A stretch of DNA of 64,000 bases. It comes from Prorocentrum cordatum (lineage: Eukaryota). How positions within the stretch are numbered: position 1 is the stretch's first letter; each line of letters opens with the position of its first letter. The DNA lies in contig CAUYUJ010000281.1 in assembly GCA_963575745.1 (NCBI GenBank), forward strand, positions 124,001 to 188,000, read 5' to 3'. Positions 1 to 12,894 of this stretch are shown here, in pieces. The position numbers and the translations under genes are program-made. Under the pieces are notes generated by a model, which saw only the letters and a list, made by a program, of their open reading frames with translations, did not search any database and had not been told where the DNA came from.

Positions 1-779
1 TGTGGCCACTGTTGGGCAGGCGACCTTCTGTCTCGAATGGACACAGGCCGCGGCGACACCGACGGCGCGTCCTGTTTAAGACGAACAGGAACTGCTGCTG
101 GGCATTGTACCCCTTCTTTCCGCAATTGCCCATTTCGTCCGTGCGGAAAGTCCGTCACGAGATGGGGCCTGCTCCGTGCGGTGCTCACGGGCACTGTGTG
201 GACTCGCTCCAGAATCTCTTCTTCTTTTTTTGCCTTGTCGCTAATTCGTCTCCGCTCCAATGCGTCACTAGCCACGGGGCCTCAACCGCCACCCCCACAG
301 CTCCGGAACCGGGTACTGCGAGGGCTTTGGTTTTGGTCGCACAGTGTCGACTCGCTCCAGGATCTCTTGGCGTGCGGGGGCGAAGGCGGTGCAAGTCGCC
401 CTCGCCGGCCGGAGGCGCACAGCCATGGACTCTGGGGGGGCCCCGCATTGCTCGTCGAGGCAGCGCAGGAAGAGTCCCCGCTGCAGGCGCCGCTGCCACG
501 AGCGCGGGGCAGAGCTGGGGTGCTCGTCGCCTCCGCCCTCGGAGGATGAGGAAGACGAGGAAGAGGAGGAGGAGGAGGAGGAGGAGGAGGAGGAGCGAGG
601 AGGTGGGAGGAGGAGGAGGAAGGGGGAGGAGGAGGAGGGGGAGGAGGAGAGGAGGGTGAGGAGGGGAGGGGAGGAGGGAGGAGGAGGAGGAGGAGGAGGG
701 AGGAGGAGGAGGAGGAGGAGGAGGAGGAGGAGCGCTACTGGGGCGCGGCGGCGGGCGCCCCCGCTCGGAGGGCGCAGGG

Positions 780-1275
780 GCCCAGGGGGCCCAGGCTGCC
801 TCCCCGGAGTCCCCGTGGCTGGCTTCGCGGGCGTGTGCCCCGTTGTCGGGACCGTGTCCCTCCCCCTCCCCGACGACCCGATCCTTGTCGCCGCGGGCGA
901 GTTTCCTGGTCCTGTGGGGGGGGGTCGCATCTGGGGCGCTGGGGATGCGAGTAGTGGGGAGTTCTTGAGAGATAAGCGTCTGAGGCGGGTGTCATGGGGC
1001 GTCGCGGTTTTTGGCCACAGTTCAAGTGGGGGGAAAGTTTCAGGAAAGCTATCTATGAGCCGTGGTGAGTTGTGGGCTTTGCTGCCTTTCTGGAGCCTTC
1101 GCCTCCTGGAGCGTGCCTGGGTTATGTGACGGACTTCGCTTTTGTTGCTCATGGGTTTGCGCGTGTCCAGGCTGATCTCATGGAGGGTGTTCTGACCCAT
1201 GTGGGCATCTGGAGTCGCGTCCAGGATTCCCTGGCCGCCCGTGGTGATGTGATTCTTGTGCAAATCCCGTCAGGA
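780..1275 (+). pseudogene. Degenerate RNase H domain, probably from the 3' part of a non-LTR retrotransposon
   Basis: Across one frameshift it reads GDASSGEFLRDKRLRRVSWGVAVF...SRGELWAL / YVTDFAFVAHGF...HVGIWSRVQDSL...VILVQIPS, the D..E..D order of RNase H. Upstream LLRAVLTGTVWT (~165-205) resembles LINE C-terminal sequence. Confidence 0.5.
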
Positions 1276-1703
1276 CCCTGCGCCAGCGATGCATGACGGA
1301 TAACACCTCCAACTTCCCATCAGCGCGTGTGCGTGTGCGTGTGCGTGTGCGTGCGTGTGTGTGTGCTTGTGTTTGTGTGTGCGTCCCCATCTTCTCACGG
1401 TGCGCAACCCAAGTTGGCCAGCCTCCATGTTGCACCTGTTTCTCGCTGCTTGCATAACGCTGGCAGCCGCGTCGCCGGTGAACAGACATTCCTCCTCTTT
1501 CTCATCCTCTTCCTCCTCCTCTTCTCCACTTTCTCTTCCTTTGCTTCTCCTTCTCCTCCGCCTCCTCCTCCTCCTTCTCCTGCTCGTCCTTCTCCTTCTG
1601 CCCCAGGGGCCGACAAAACACGGCCGGAGCCGACCGACGGTTGGACCACCACCGCCTGTGGGGAACCCGTCAGGTACCGATACCGCTACTCCCCAGGCCT
1701 CTC

Positions 1704-1836
1704 CTCCCCGTCGCTCGGACGTCCATTCCCTGTGTTTGTGTTCGGTTTCGTGCGTGGTTTCTTCGCCGAAGGATCAAGGATGCTCCTCGATGGTCCTCGC
1801 CGAAGGGAAACATGCACGCGTCCGAGCGATGCCAAG
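1704..1836. mobile_element. ~130-bp MITE family A, copy 1
   Basis: Inverted ends TCGCTCGGACG...CGTCCGAGCGA; same internal sequence as four other copies; no clear TSD. Confidence 0.7.
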
Positions 1837-1869
1837 TCAACCGGGGGGGGGGGCGATCTGCCGAGGATT

Positions 1870-2100
1870 TCGGGGCGAATCCAGCGGTGGCGGCGAGGGC
1901 CTCCCAGGACCCAAGGGCACCCCTGAAAAAGTCGTTTGTCCTTACTGTGCGCGTGGACTGCACTCCCCAGGCCTCTCCCGGGGGGGCGTCCTGCCCAGGA
2001 TCTCGGGGCGACTCCAGCGGTGGCGGCGAGGGCCTCCCAGGACCCAAGGGTGCCCTTGAAAAGGTCGTTTGTCCTTACTGTGCGCGTTGACTGCGCTCCC
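1870..2100. repeat. ~133-bp tandem duplication (further partial copies near 2270-2360 and 42100-42180)
   Basis: CGGGGCGA.TCCAGCGGTGGCGGCGAGGGCCTCCCAGGACCCAAGGG...GTCGTTTGTCCTTACTGTGCGCG repeated. Confidence 0.75.
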
Positions 2101-2704
2101 TAGGCCACCTCCCGCTGATAGTCTGCAGAACGGTGCGTCACACGCAGAACGGTGCGTCGCACGGAGGAGGAGGAGGAGGAGGAGGAGGAGGAGGAGGAGG
2201 AGGAGGAGGAGGAGGAGGAGGAGAGGGAGGAGGAGGAGGAGGAGGAGGAGGAGGAGGAGGAGGAGGAGCGCGTTGACTGCACTCCCCAGGCCTCTCCTGG
2301 GGGGCGCTCTGCCCAGGATCTCGGGGCGACTCTCCCGCGGTGGCGGCGGTGGGCCTCCCGGGAGAGGCCCACCGCGGGGAGGGCATCTCCACGAGGGAAG
2401 GGTGGCGGCATCGGCACCTCCTCCTCCTCCTCCGCGGAGCTCGGCTCCCGTTGGCCCAGGGGGGGAGGTCTGTGAAGGGGCCCTGGGACACCCAAACAAA
2501 TACACACAAACATACAGATTCCCCCTATTCCCCCCCATATTTTCTCGGTTTCTGTCTTCCCCCCCACGTCCTATATGTTCCCATATTTTCTTGGAGATCG
2601 ACGATTCGTTGTGTCTGTGTGTTTCTTCCCCTCCTGAGTCTGTCTGGCTGGCTCACAGCCCCAGGGGCTGCCCTGGCCGTCCGCAGGAGAGCGCCTCCTG
2701 CATG

Positions 2705-3755
2705 TCGGCGGCGAGCGAGGGGGGAAGCCTCCTCAGAAGGCTCGGAAGTCCCCCGACCTTCTGAGAAGTTGTCCTGAGCCTTCTCGCGCGGGTGGGGCCG
2801 CCCCTGGAGGTCCCCGGACGAAAAGTACCCCGTCAAGGTCCCAGGCAGGTCCCGGGCAAGTGGCCGCGAGGTCCTGGCCAGGTCCCGGCAGGCTCCCAAG
2901 AGCGCTCCAGGAGCGCTTCAAGTGGCCTCTAAGAGAGCTCAACATGCTCCGAGACGATCTAAGAGCGATGCAACATGCAATAATATGACCTGCAATAATA
3001 TGACCTCCAGACAGTCCACCCAAAGTGCCCCCAAGACGCCCCAAGAGGCCTCCAAGTGGGCCCACAGAGGCAGACACTAGTGATTTTCTTAAGGTTTTTG
3101 AAGGTTTTTGGCGTTCTCGCCTTTTCGGCTAACCGGCGCTCCAAGATGGCCCAAGAGGCTTCCAGGATCGCCCCAACACAGCCCAAGAGGCCTCCACGAG
3201 CGCCCAAAACGGCCCCAGAGGGCCCCTAAGACAGCCCCAGATGCCTCCAAGATGGCCGAAGAGGCACCCAAGACGGCTCCAAGAGCGGGCCCAGACGGGG
3301 GACCCGAGCGGACATCTCGAGCTCTGGGTGCAGAGAGGTCCCCTGGAGGACCCAAGAGGTCCTCCAGAGGCACCCAAGAGGCCCCCGAGAGGCCTCAAGA
3401 GACCCCCAAGAGGCCCCCAAGGGGCCCCCTTGGCGCCCCCAGAAGGTCGCAGAAATGCCGCCAGGAGGCGAATAAGAGGCCCCAAGAGGCCCGCAAACGG
3501 CCTCCGAAAGGCCACGAACGCGCAGGCAAAAGCCTGCGATGGCACAGCACGGGCCGGCGGAATGAGCGAAGCGACCAAAGAACTTCTCGGAAGGCGCGGA
3601 ACTCCGGGTTCTGGACATCAGTGGGGCGGCGGTGTCGGCCCCCTTCAGGGGCGTCCAGTTATACAACCTCTCAGAAGGCGCGAGGGCTTCTGAGAACTCC
3701 CGCCGCCCTCTGAGAGGGCCTTCCCCTTCTCACCTCCCCCCTCGCTCGCCGCCGA
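2705..3755. mobile_element. MITE family B with perfect 20-bp TIRs and 5-bp TSD, containing a nested insertion
   Basis: TCGGCGGCGAGCGAGGGGGG (2705-2724) / CCCCCCTCGCTCGCCGCCGA (3736-3755); GCATG on both sides. Confidence 0.85.
2786..3582 (+). mobile_element. CCCAAGA-rich dispersed element nested in MITE B
   Basis: Flanked by CTTCTC (2780-2785, 3583-3588); ends in GGGCCGGCGGAATGAGCGAAGCGA like the copies ending near 10850 and 25390; uninterrupted host at 45549-45748. Confidence 0.7.
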
Positions 3756-3834
3756 GCATGCCCGACACCGCTCCAGGCCTCCCTGTGACCAGGATCGGTG
3801 GACACCTAAGACGAAGCCAAGACGAGGATAACAT

Positions 3835-4193
3835 TAGGTCGGGCATGTCCTCCTACAGGGGGATTTTGGACGACAAATAAAAGCCATAAACATTTTTAAA
3901 AGGTTAACAACACATTCTAGAAACATCGTCTCCAGAATGCGGGATGACGATTAATAAAAACAAATGGGAGAGAACGATTGAAACAAAGTTGTCTGCTATT
4001 TCTGCACAATTTTCTGACTGGAGGAGAACAATTAAAGATAGTTTTCCAGCCCGCGGCCGGTTTTTTCTAATCGTCATCCCAGGCGCCGCCGCGTGAACAC
4101 GACCCCTGGTCATTTATTAATCGTCATCCTCCAGTATCACGTTGTTTGGATTATTTTTGACTGCTCCTCCTGTAGAGGGACGTGCCCGACTGA
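3835..4193. mobile_element. Mutator-like MITE family C, copy 1
   Basis: TIRs GTCGGGCATGTCCTCCTACAGG / CCTGTAGAGGGACGTGCCCGAC; flanks AGGATAACAT / GGGATAATAT; empty-site paralogue near 61267-61330. Confidence 0.75.
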
Positions 4194-5833
4194 GGGATAA
4201 TATCGGGTGAGGAAAAATAGGGAATCTCTGCGATCCGGCGGCCCCACGAGGCTCCAAAGAGGCCCCCCTAATCTCATCCCCAAAGGCCCCCGAGAGCCTT
4301 CCGGAGAGACCCCAAGAAGCATCCCTGACGACTCTGGCCCACGTCAGCATCGTCGTCGTCGTCGCCGCCGCCGCCGCCGTTGTCGTCGTCGTCGTCGTCG
4401 TCGTCCCCCTTCAGGGTCGGCGGCACCGGCCGTAAAGGCCTTCGCAATCGGGTGAGGATCCATCGAAAATATCTGAGATCCGGCGGCTACGGAGGGTGCC
4501 TCGGGCGCCGCGGCCCTCCTTCTCAGAGCGGTCCTGGACGCTCTGAGAGCGTTCCAGAACGCTCTGGAACGTATTAACAGGGGATATGTCGACCTCTATC
4601 CCAGGCTTCGTGGGGTTCCCGAATGGACCAGAAATTTGGGGCCTAACCCTGGGATATACGATGGGGGGGTGTCCATTCTCGATAGGGGTGCGTCCGAATA
4701 GCCCCCTTGGGGTGTATCCCAGGGTTTTCCCATTCTTCTGAGCGGCCAGACTTTTCGGGCGAAACTCGGGGATTGGGGGAGAAACATCGCCCGCGACGTA
4801 TTATTCCTCGCCCTAGAGCCCCGTCCGAATACGCCTCCCTGGCCACGCCAGGAGGGGGAGCACATTGATTTTGGGCCCTGCCCTGAGCTCCGACGTCACG
4901 GGAGCATTCAATCACTGTAGAGAAATCCGACCGGAGCCACGGGCCCCGTCTTTTCCAGCTTCTGTTCGAGCCAGGCCGCAGAGGGCGATGGCTTCGATCC
5001 GTGCAGCCTGAAAAGCCAGCACGTCCAAGGCGTCCACATTAAGAAGGGACCGACCGTCCCAGCATGTCTAGAGGACTACCACGGGTTTCTGCCATGGCCA
5101 AAAGAATGTTGTGACGACGAAAATTCGGGGATGGACAGACCTCCCTTTAGTAAAACGTTGGTTTAGTGAAAACGATGTGAGGCCCAAACCTGGCGGGCGC
5201 AAGCCTGGAAAATAACGGCCACGGCGCCCTCTCGAGAACCGAAAACGGACAATTCGCTAGTCGACGTGTCACTGTTGGGGGTTCTGCCCACCCCCGAAAA
5301 ATCTGTTCTTGAGACAAGACGGTCTCAGCCAAAAACGTTGTGAAGAACATCTCGCGCAAGCCACCAAAAGGCCAGCACACCTTCTGTGGTGGGCCCATCG
5401 GCAGGCCAGGACGCCTCGCCGCTGCTCGACATCAGCTCCAAGGGAGAGGGCCAGGGGAACGAATCAAACAGAGCTCGAAGCAGGAGGAGGAGGAGGAGGA
5501 GGAGGAGGAGGAAGGAGGAGGAGGAGGGAGGAGGAAGGAGGAGGAGGAGGGAGGAGGGAGGAGGAGAAGGAGGAGGGAGGAGGGAGGAGGAGAAGGAGGG
5601 AGCAGGAGGAGGAGGAGGAGGAGGAGGAGGAGGAAGCCCCGGCGCCTGCAGTCGCCGCCCACGGCGGCGAGCAGCTCCCTCTTCCTCTGCCTGTAGGCGC
5701 CCTTGTTCAGGTGCCTTCGGGCGCTGCTGACAGTCGAACCTGGGACAGAAGAACACCCCTGGAGGACACGAGACCCTCCGCTGGCCAAGTAATACACAGA
5801 ACATCCAAGGGGACCCTCCCCAGGATGCACAAG

Positions 5834-5987
5834 TAGGGGGCCACATGTGAACCCTACCCCTACCCCCCACGATTTCCGAGGGGGAGGGTGGGGTTCACTT
5901 CGTTCGGGAGCTCCCGAGCGAAGTGAACCCCGCCCTCCCCCTCAAAGATCGTGGGGGGTAGGTGTAGGGTTCGCATGTGGCCCCCTA
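5834..5987. mobile_element. 154-bp fold-back (near-perfect palindrome) MITE
   Basis: Palindrome centred on GAGCTC (~5910); flanks ACAAG/GCAAG; empty site in paralogous host repeat near 60086-60105. Confidence 0.85.
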
Positions 5988-7219
5988 GCAAGAGCATCCA
6001 GCAAACAGAAACGAACATCAGGGCACCCTCCCCGAAACGACCTCGATCTCATGCCTCGGTCCGACTGCTCTGGGGGGTGCGGCAAATTGGGGGGGGGGAG
6101 AGCCGTGCACCTTTCCGCGCCCTCCCTGGGCCACGCGGCGGCGGGCATCTTTGGGACCCCTTTAGGGCACGAGGGCCGCACCTTCTCTCCCCCTCCCCCT
6201 CCTACCCCCTCCCTCCTCCTCCCTCCCTCCCTTCCCTCCTCCCTCCTCCCTTCCTCCTCCTCCTGCCTTCCTCCTCCTTCCTCCTCCTCCTCCTCCCTTC
6301 CCTGCTCCTCCTGCTCCTCTCTTCTCTCTTACTCCACTCCTCTCTCCTCCTTCTCCTCCTCCTCCTCCTAGTCCTCCTCCTCCTCCTCCTCCGCCTCCCT
6401 CCGCCTCCTCCTCCTCCTCCTCCTTCCTCCTCTCTCCTCCTCCTCCTCCTCCCTCCTCCTCCTCCTCCTCCTCCTACTCCTCCTCCTCCTCCCTCCTCCT
6501 CCTCTCCTCCTCCGCCTCACACTCCTCCTTCCCAGACCCCCATTGCGCCACGCCTGAGCCTGTTCTTGAGGCTGGCGGCCGGGAGGGCGGCGAGCGCCGC
6601 CACGAGCGCCGCCAGCGCCGTGGCGCTGGCGCGGCGGGCCATGGCGGCTCCAAGTGGGTGGTAGTGGTGCGCGGGAAGGCGCCAGCTCTGCAGGCCGTCC
6701 GGGCACAGTCGGAAGCACCTCCAGGCCTCCAGGACACCCCCGAGGAGGAGGAGGAGGAGGAGGAAGAGGAGGAGGAGGAGGAGGCGGAGGAGGAGGAGGA
6801 GGAGGAGGCGGAGGCGGAAGTTGAGGAGGAGGAGGAGGAGGAGGAGGAGGAGGACCCCCTGTCCCCCACGGGAATGCCTCTGCCCCCCCCCCTCCCCTTT
6901 CCCCTGCGGAGGCATCGGGTGCGCGGCAGGCGGGGAGTGCAGATCCGCCGCCGGCCCGCACACGGAGCGTGGGCAGCCGAAGCAGGAATCCGCGGGTTCT
7001 CGGCGTCGGGGGGCACCTTGAGGTACGTGTGAGATCTGGGAGGCCAACGACACTAAAACAGGGCTAGGATCGGGATAAATCGCCTCCGCCGCGCCTCGGG
7101 GGAGCTTTTTCTGCGGCGCGGCAGGGGCCGGGCAGCCGCCCTGTACAGCTACGATCCCAGACCCCCTCGCGCTGTGAGCAGCATCGCGACGCGAGGTTTT
7201 TTGCAATCTTCGGCCTCCA

Positions 7220-7392
7220 GTAAAACAGGGCTAGGATCGGGATAAATCGCTCCAGAGCGTTCCGGAGCGCTCTCAGAGCGTTCCGGAACGCTCTGGAGCG
7301 GCCGCGGCGCCCAATACATCCTCCAAACCCGCCGATTCCCAGAGATTTCGAGTTATCCCGATCCGATTTTGTCCCGATCTTCGCGTCGTTTG
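7220..7392. repeat. Dispersed repeat (near-identical copy at 60674-60845; related inverted copies near 4455-4570 and 61310-61381)
   Basis: TAAAACAGGGCTAG.ATCGGGATAAATCGCTCCAGAGCGTTCCGGAGCGCTCTCAGAGCG shared. Confidence 0.8.
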
Positions 7393-8156
7393 AGACACAG
7401 ACTTCCAGCGGGCGATCTGCACATCAATCCTGGCCCAGGTATGGACCAGCTGGGATCGGCGCGGACGTACATGGTTGGCGCCTCCAGATGTGTATTATTG
7501 AAGAGTCAGAGTTTTCGCGAATGCCACGCGCTCGAGCCAAGAGTGTTTGCGGGCAAGCAAGAGCCCAGACCTCCGTCGTTCTGAGATGTTCAATGCGCTT
7601 CGTCCAGGATCGATGCTTACGGTGCCAGGGCCCAGAAATACCCCTGGACGCTGGAAACATCAAAAACCACAACAACATGAGTTCCAATGTGTTGTATCAC
7701 GACGTTGGAGGTCTAGGACCATGGCGCAACGACAAAAGATGCAGAGGGCCAACGAGGCAGACTGCGACGGCAAGGCCAGGATGGGTACAAGAGGACATGC
7801 CAGCGCAAGCGCGCGTGCGAGCACGAACGCTGGTACGAATGCGAACCACGACCACGACTGAGAACGCGAGGAGGAGAACGAGGAGGATGGGGTGAATGGG
7901 GACGATGTCCGCCACCGTGCCTCTGGCCCGTGGTGGTGTGCCCCCGAAAGTCCCTCCTGGCAGTCCTCTGCTGTCCGTGGGGCGGCACGAGGCATGCCCG
8001 ATGCCCCCGAGGCTACCGTCGCGTCGACGCGCGACGCCGAGGAATTTCTGGAAACGGGAGGGGGGAGAAGAGGACGCCAGACCAAAACGCTGTGTGCGTG
8101 CGAACCCCCCCTGCGGCCCCATCGGCCATCGATATAATAAACCACAGCGGCGGAAG

Positions 8157-8198
<42 letters not shown>

Positions 8199-8750
8199 AA
8201 CAAAAAAAACAACACACACACAACAAACTATACTGAGAGACGGAGACGGCCAGAGAGAGAGGGATAGAGAGAGAGAGAGACAGAGCGAGGCAGGGATCGA
8301 GAGCAAGAGAGAGAGAGAGAGAGCGAGGGAACGCCAACAAGAGGAAGCCGTGAGAGAGAGGAACGGCCACACGCGGCGCCGACGTGCGCAGAGCACCCGG
8401 GCCGCGCCGGCGCTCCCGCGCCAGGGCCCCTCCAGCGCGGCAGCATCGGCGCCCGCGGAGTGTGCGCGGGGGGGTGCACCGGCGGCGGCGGCGGCGGCGA
8501 GGATGGGGGTGCGGCAGAGGCGCACAGGGCACGAGGGAGGAGGGTGAGGAGGAGGAGGAGGAGGAGGAGGAGGAGGAGGCGGCGGAGGAGGCGGAGGAGG
8601 AGGAGGAGGAGGATGAGGAGGAGGAGGCGGAGGAGGAGGAGCAGCAGGAGGAGGAGGACGGATGAGGGAGGAGGGAGGGAGGGAGGAGGCACGAGGGGGC
8701 AGCGCGAGGCGACCCCGCGGCACACGCGAGGAGGCGCGGCCGCCCTGCCG

Positions 8751-8895
8751 CCTTGCCCTCGCTCGGACGTCCCTTCCCTGTGCTTGTTGTTGGTCTCGTG
8801 CGTGTTTTTTTTTGTCTTTCTCGCCCAAGGATCGAGGGTGCTCCTCGCTGGTCCTCGCCGAAGGAAAAAAATGCACACGTCCGAGCGATGCCAGG
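8751..8895. mobile_element. MITE family A, copy 2
   Basis: Family A TIRs; GCCG duplicated on both flanks. Confidence 0.75.
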
Positions 8896-10238
8896 GCCGC
8901 GGGGCGCGCCCGGCCTCGCGGCGCCTTATAGCCTCCACGCCTGCCACGCCCGCCGCCCCGCGCCCGCCTGCACCCCGCCGTGATCCCGCGGCGCCGTGGC
9001 CTCCCGAGGACGCCCGCACCTCTCCGTCGACGGCGTGCGCGGCTCCCCTCGGCAGCCTTTCGTGCTTGATTTCCGAAGGTTGGGATGCCCCTCACAGTTC
9101 AGTTCTTAATACATGGGATTTTCGAAATATGTGATTTTGGATACATGATTAATCTATGAATACATGTATGCATGAACTCATCGTTGTTTTTGATACTATT
9201 TCCCAGCATTTTTAATACATACTCCGCACGCGGAGCATGTATAAACAAAACGGCGCTGTACGGAGGCAGGGACGCGTTTCGTCAGCGCATCGCGTCGCGC
9301 CAGCTCTGGCCCGTCGCGCTCCGGCGCGCGATGCGCTAACCACGCCCAGGTCCCGAAGCGCCAACGTCCCGAACCTTTCCCGACCTCCCGGCCCGCGACG
9401 AAAAGCGACACGCCATCCGCCTGCAGAGCATAGCGCATCGCCGGGGCCGCCGCCGCGACGCGCTGAACAGAAGTTCCCGACCTGAAGGGGCCCTGGACAC
9501 CCTTGTGTTGCATCTTCGGGGGACCTTGTCTGTCCCGTCGCGCCGCGATCCGCGTCGAATCCGTGTCGAATCTGGTCGAATCCGTGTCGAATCCGAGTCG
9601 GATCAGTGCCGAATCCACGTGGAGTCCGCGCGGAACCCGCGTCGGAGTGCAAGAAAAGACTGCCATTTTCAGGACAGGAGAGCCCCCCGAAGATGCAAAG
9701 CAATACACCCGATCCCGTCACTTCGTCGACGCCTAGGAACCACGGCCGGGAATGCTCAGACCTCCATCGTGCGCGAGAGTGGCCCCATGAGCCCCTCTTG
9801 GGGTGGTCTTGGGGCATCTTGGGCTTCCTGGGGGTCGTCTCGAGAGCCCCAGCCCATATGTGTTGCCTCTCAGGTTCCGGCATTCTCGCCGTTTGCTCCG
9901 CCTCAAGGGGGCCCATGACGGCCCAGCAGGTTCCTGATCTCTCTCCAAGACGTCCCCCTATCATGCTCCAAAGGGGTCCTAAAGAGACCCCCGAGTAGGC
10001 CGGGCTGCGCCCTGCACCCACAGCGCAGGCACCACGGTAGGATGGGCCGAAGGCCTCTGGCCATTACTCAACAGGCAATCAAGCCGAACAGAATGCGAAT
10101 CAGCTGGCTACGATCAGGAACTTTTGGATAGCGCGTGTCGGCGGCGGCCCTGGCGTCACGTTATGCCTAGCAAGCGGATGGCGTGTCGCTCCGCTTTGCG
10201 GGGCGGGAGACTCGGGAACGCTCGAGACGATGACGCTT

Positions 10239-10377
10239 CTGGCCATCGCTCGGACGTCCATTCCCTGTGCTTTTTCCGGTTCCGTGCGTGGCTTTTTCGC
10301 CAAACGGTCAAGGATGCTCCTCGATATCTCGATGGTCCTCGCCGAAGGAAAAATGCACACGTCCGAGCGATGGCAGG
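10239..10377. mobile_element. MITE family A, copy 3
   Basis: CCATCGCTCGGACGT...ACGTCCGAGCGATGG; 4-bp TSD GCTT. Confidence 0.8.
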
Positions 10378-10915
10378 GCTTGGGGACCGGGCAGTGGACA
10401 GCCTCTCGCGCTGGAGCGTGGTGGGCCAGACCCGGCCGAGCGACAGGGTGAGCCAACGCTCTTGACCGTAGGCATCCCTGAGCTGGCAGGCGTGCCAAAC
10501 ATAATGTCAGGCAGACGGTTGCAAGACCAGCTTCGAAATCGTCACCGTGCAGCCACGATGGGAAACTGGGCACCCCAGGCCTGTTGCGAGGCAGGCGAGC
10601 TCCCTGCTGATGTGCGTAGCAGCGGCAGTTTCATAGTGGGCGGGGGGGCATTGCGAGAATCATTCTTCAGGGAATGCCGCCAAGACATCCCCGAGAGGCC
10701 CCGGGAGGCACCCGAGAGGCCCTAACGTACTGCCACGAGGCCCACGAGAGAGCCCAACGAGCCTCCTGACCAGGCTTCTTTTCCGAGACCCCATCTGGCC
10801 GAAGGCTAGCAAACACTACATGCAGCATGGGCCGGCGGAGTGAGCGAAGCGATTGAACTCGGCGGACCCCCTGCGGGCCCTTGCCGTGTGAGCCTTTGAA
10901 AGAAGATGATGAGAT

Positions 10916-11040
10916 CTCGCCATCGCTCGGAAGTCCATTCCCTGTGTTTTTTTCGTTTTCGTGCGTGGTTTTTTCGCCAAATGATCGAGGATGCTCCTCG
11001 ATGGCCGAAGAAAAAATGCACACATCCGAGCGATGCCAAG
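10916..11040. mobile_element. MITE family A, copy 4
   Basis: Family A TIRs; 4-bp TSD AGAT. Confidence 0.8.
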
Positions 11041-12894
11041 AGATGGAGGATGACAGAGAAGAGTGAGATGGCATGCGGAAACGCATGCTAACAGCGGCCT
11101 CGGCCGATCTGCGCGCGACAGCTCCCGAGATCTGTAAAACCACAAGCGAGATTCACCCCTCAGGGCTGCGCAAGCCTGGTTTCCCGCGCACCCCTCACGC
11201 ATTTCAAATCTGACATTACTGTATGACCTTTAAACCTACGAGTGAGCAGCGCCTTCATGGCTACGGCACTGACATTTCGTCACACACACACGCCCCTCAC
11301 GGATTTCCTGCTCCACACTCTACCTGGACACGTGAAAAACCGAGTGATCTCCGTTCAGTGGCCGTTCGACCCTCCGAGGGACGCCAACATGGCCGCAAGA
11401 AACATTGCAAACAAACAGCACCGACCCTCAGCGAGGCAGTATTCCTGAGACCCACTGCTTGCAACATCTGCGTGCAAGCTTTCCCCTGGCGGGCCCGCCG
11501 TGACTCCCGCCCTGCGGACTCGATTCGGCGGGCCCCCTGCGGGCCCTCGCCGTGCTGAAGCATCCGGAAGTCGCTGATAAGGCGATGGAGGATTCAGGCT
11601 GGTGAGGCGGCATGCTAAGAAGGGCTTCGCGCCTTCCGCCTCTCGATCCTCCCTGGACGCGTAAGGAGACACATGATCGGCGCTCCCGTGGCCACGAAAG
11701 CCTCGATTCGGCACACCCCTCACGCCAGTCCTGCCCCATGCTCCCAGGATGGAACAAAAACCATTGAGTTGCGCCCCCATGGCCACGAACGCATTGAAAA
11801 TATTAGTGATCGGGGCCCCCAGGGCCGCGAAAGCATAGATTCGGCACACTTCTCACGCATGTCCTAACCCCATGCCCTCCTGGGACACGTGAAAATACAA
11901 GTGCTCTGCCCCTCAGGGCCACGAGAGCTCCGCTCGGGCACACCTCTTGCGCATTTCCTGCGCCATGCTTTCCTGTGAGTCCCACGCCCTCTTGGGACAC
12001 GTGAAGATACAAGCGATCCGCCCTCTGACGATCGTGGGACCAGCAAAACAATAAGTGACTTGGGCCTCGAGGCTCCTGGGGGACGTGAAAGTACGAGTGG
12101 ATTGCTCTTCCATGTGGATGGGAACCTCAGTTCGGCACTGCTCTCACGCACTTCGCGACTGTTGGGCGCCCCGCTGGCCCCCGAGACGGCTTCTTGAAGC
12201 TCAATTCGACACACCCTTCACGCACGTCATGCCCCCATGGACCCCCAAAGGCCCCTTACCTGGCCCGCTCAGACTGCCTCACCCCTCAAGGACCGCAAGT
12301 ACGCGCGCAAGCATCACTGCAACCATTGGTACCAATTCCCTTGCTTCGACATCTGACACCCATAGAGGCAAGATCCTGAACACCCACCGGTTACCAATCT
12401 GCGTGCAAGCTTCTCCCTAGGGGCCCGCCGTGACCCACGCGCTGCCAGGCTCCTGGGGCACGTAAAACTACGAGTGATCTGCGCCCTGCACGGTTTCCCC
12501 CGGGGCCGTAGGCGACCCGAGGAGGATCGGATCGGATCGGATCGCCTGTGCGGGCATGCGCCCGGGCCCTTAAGGGCGAGGCGGGTGAGGCCATGGCCTC
12601 GCATGAGAGGCAGCGCGCGTCGGAGGCTTGCTCAGGATAATGCGTACCTCACATGTTGATGTTCTAAGTGTTCCCGCTCCTCTGTTGTAGCCCGATGTAG
12701 TGACGTAGTTTCGTTGAAGTCGCAGTGTCTGTGTCATGAACCTGTCGGATAATCCCGTGGATGTCATCGTCCTTTCTGTAACCGCGAAGCCGAAGCCAAA
12801 CACGAACGAGTTGGACGCCTCGGAATTCCAATCCAGTCACATCCTTCAAATACCACTCAGGGCGCAGATACACGCGCAGCCGAAGGCACATAAG

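Noticed and set aside
7531..7543. CTTGGCTCGAG (minus strand) and GGGCTCAAG near 18900 as spliced-leader relics
   Set aside because: Too short, with no TSD or downstream ORF to support them
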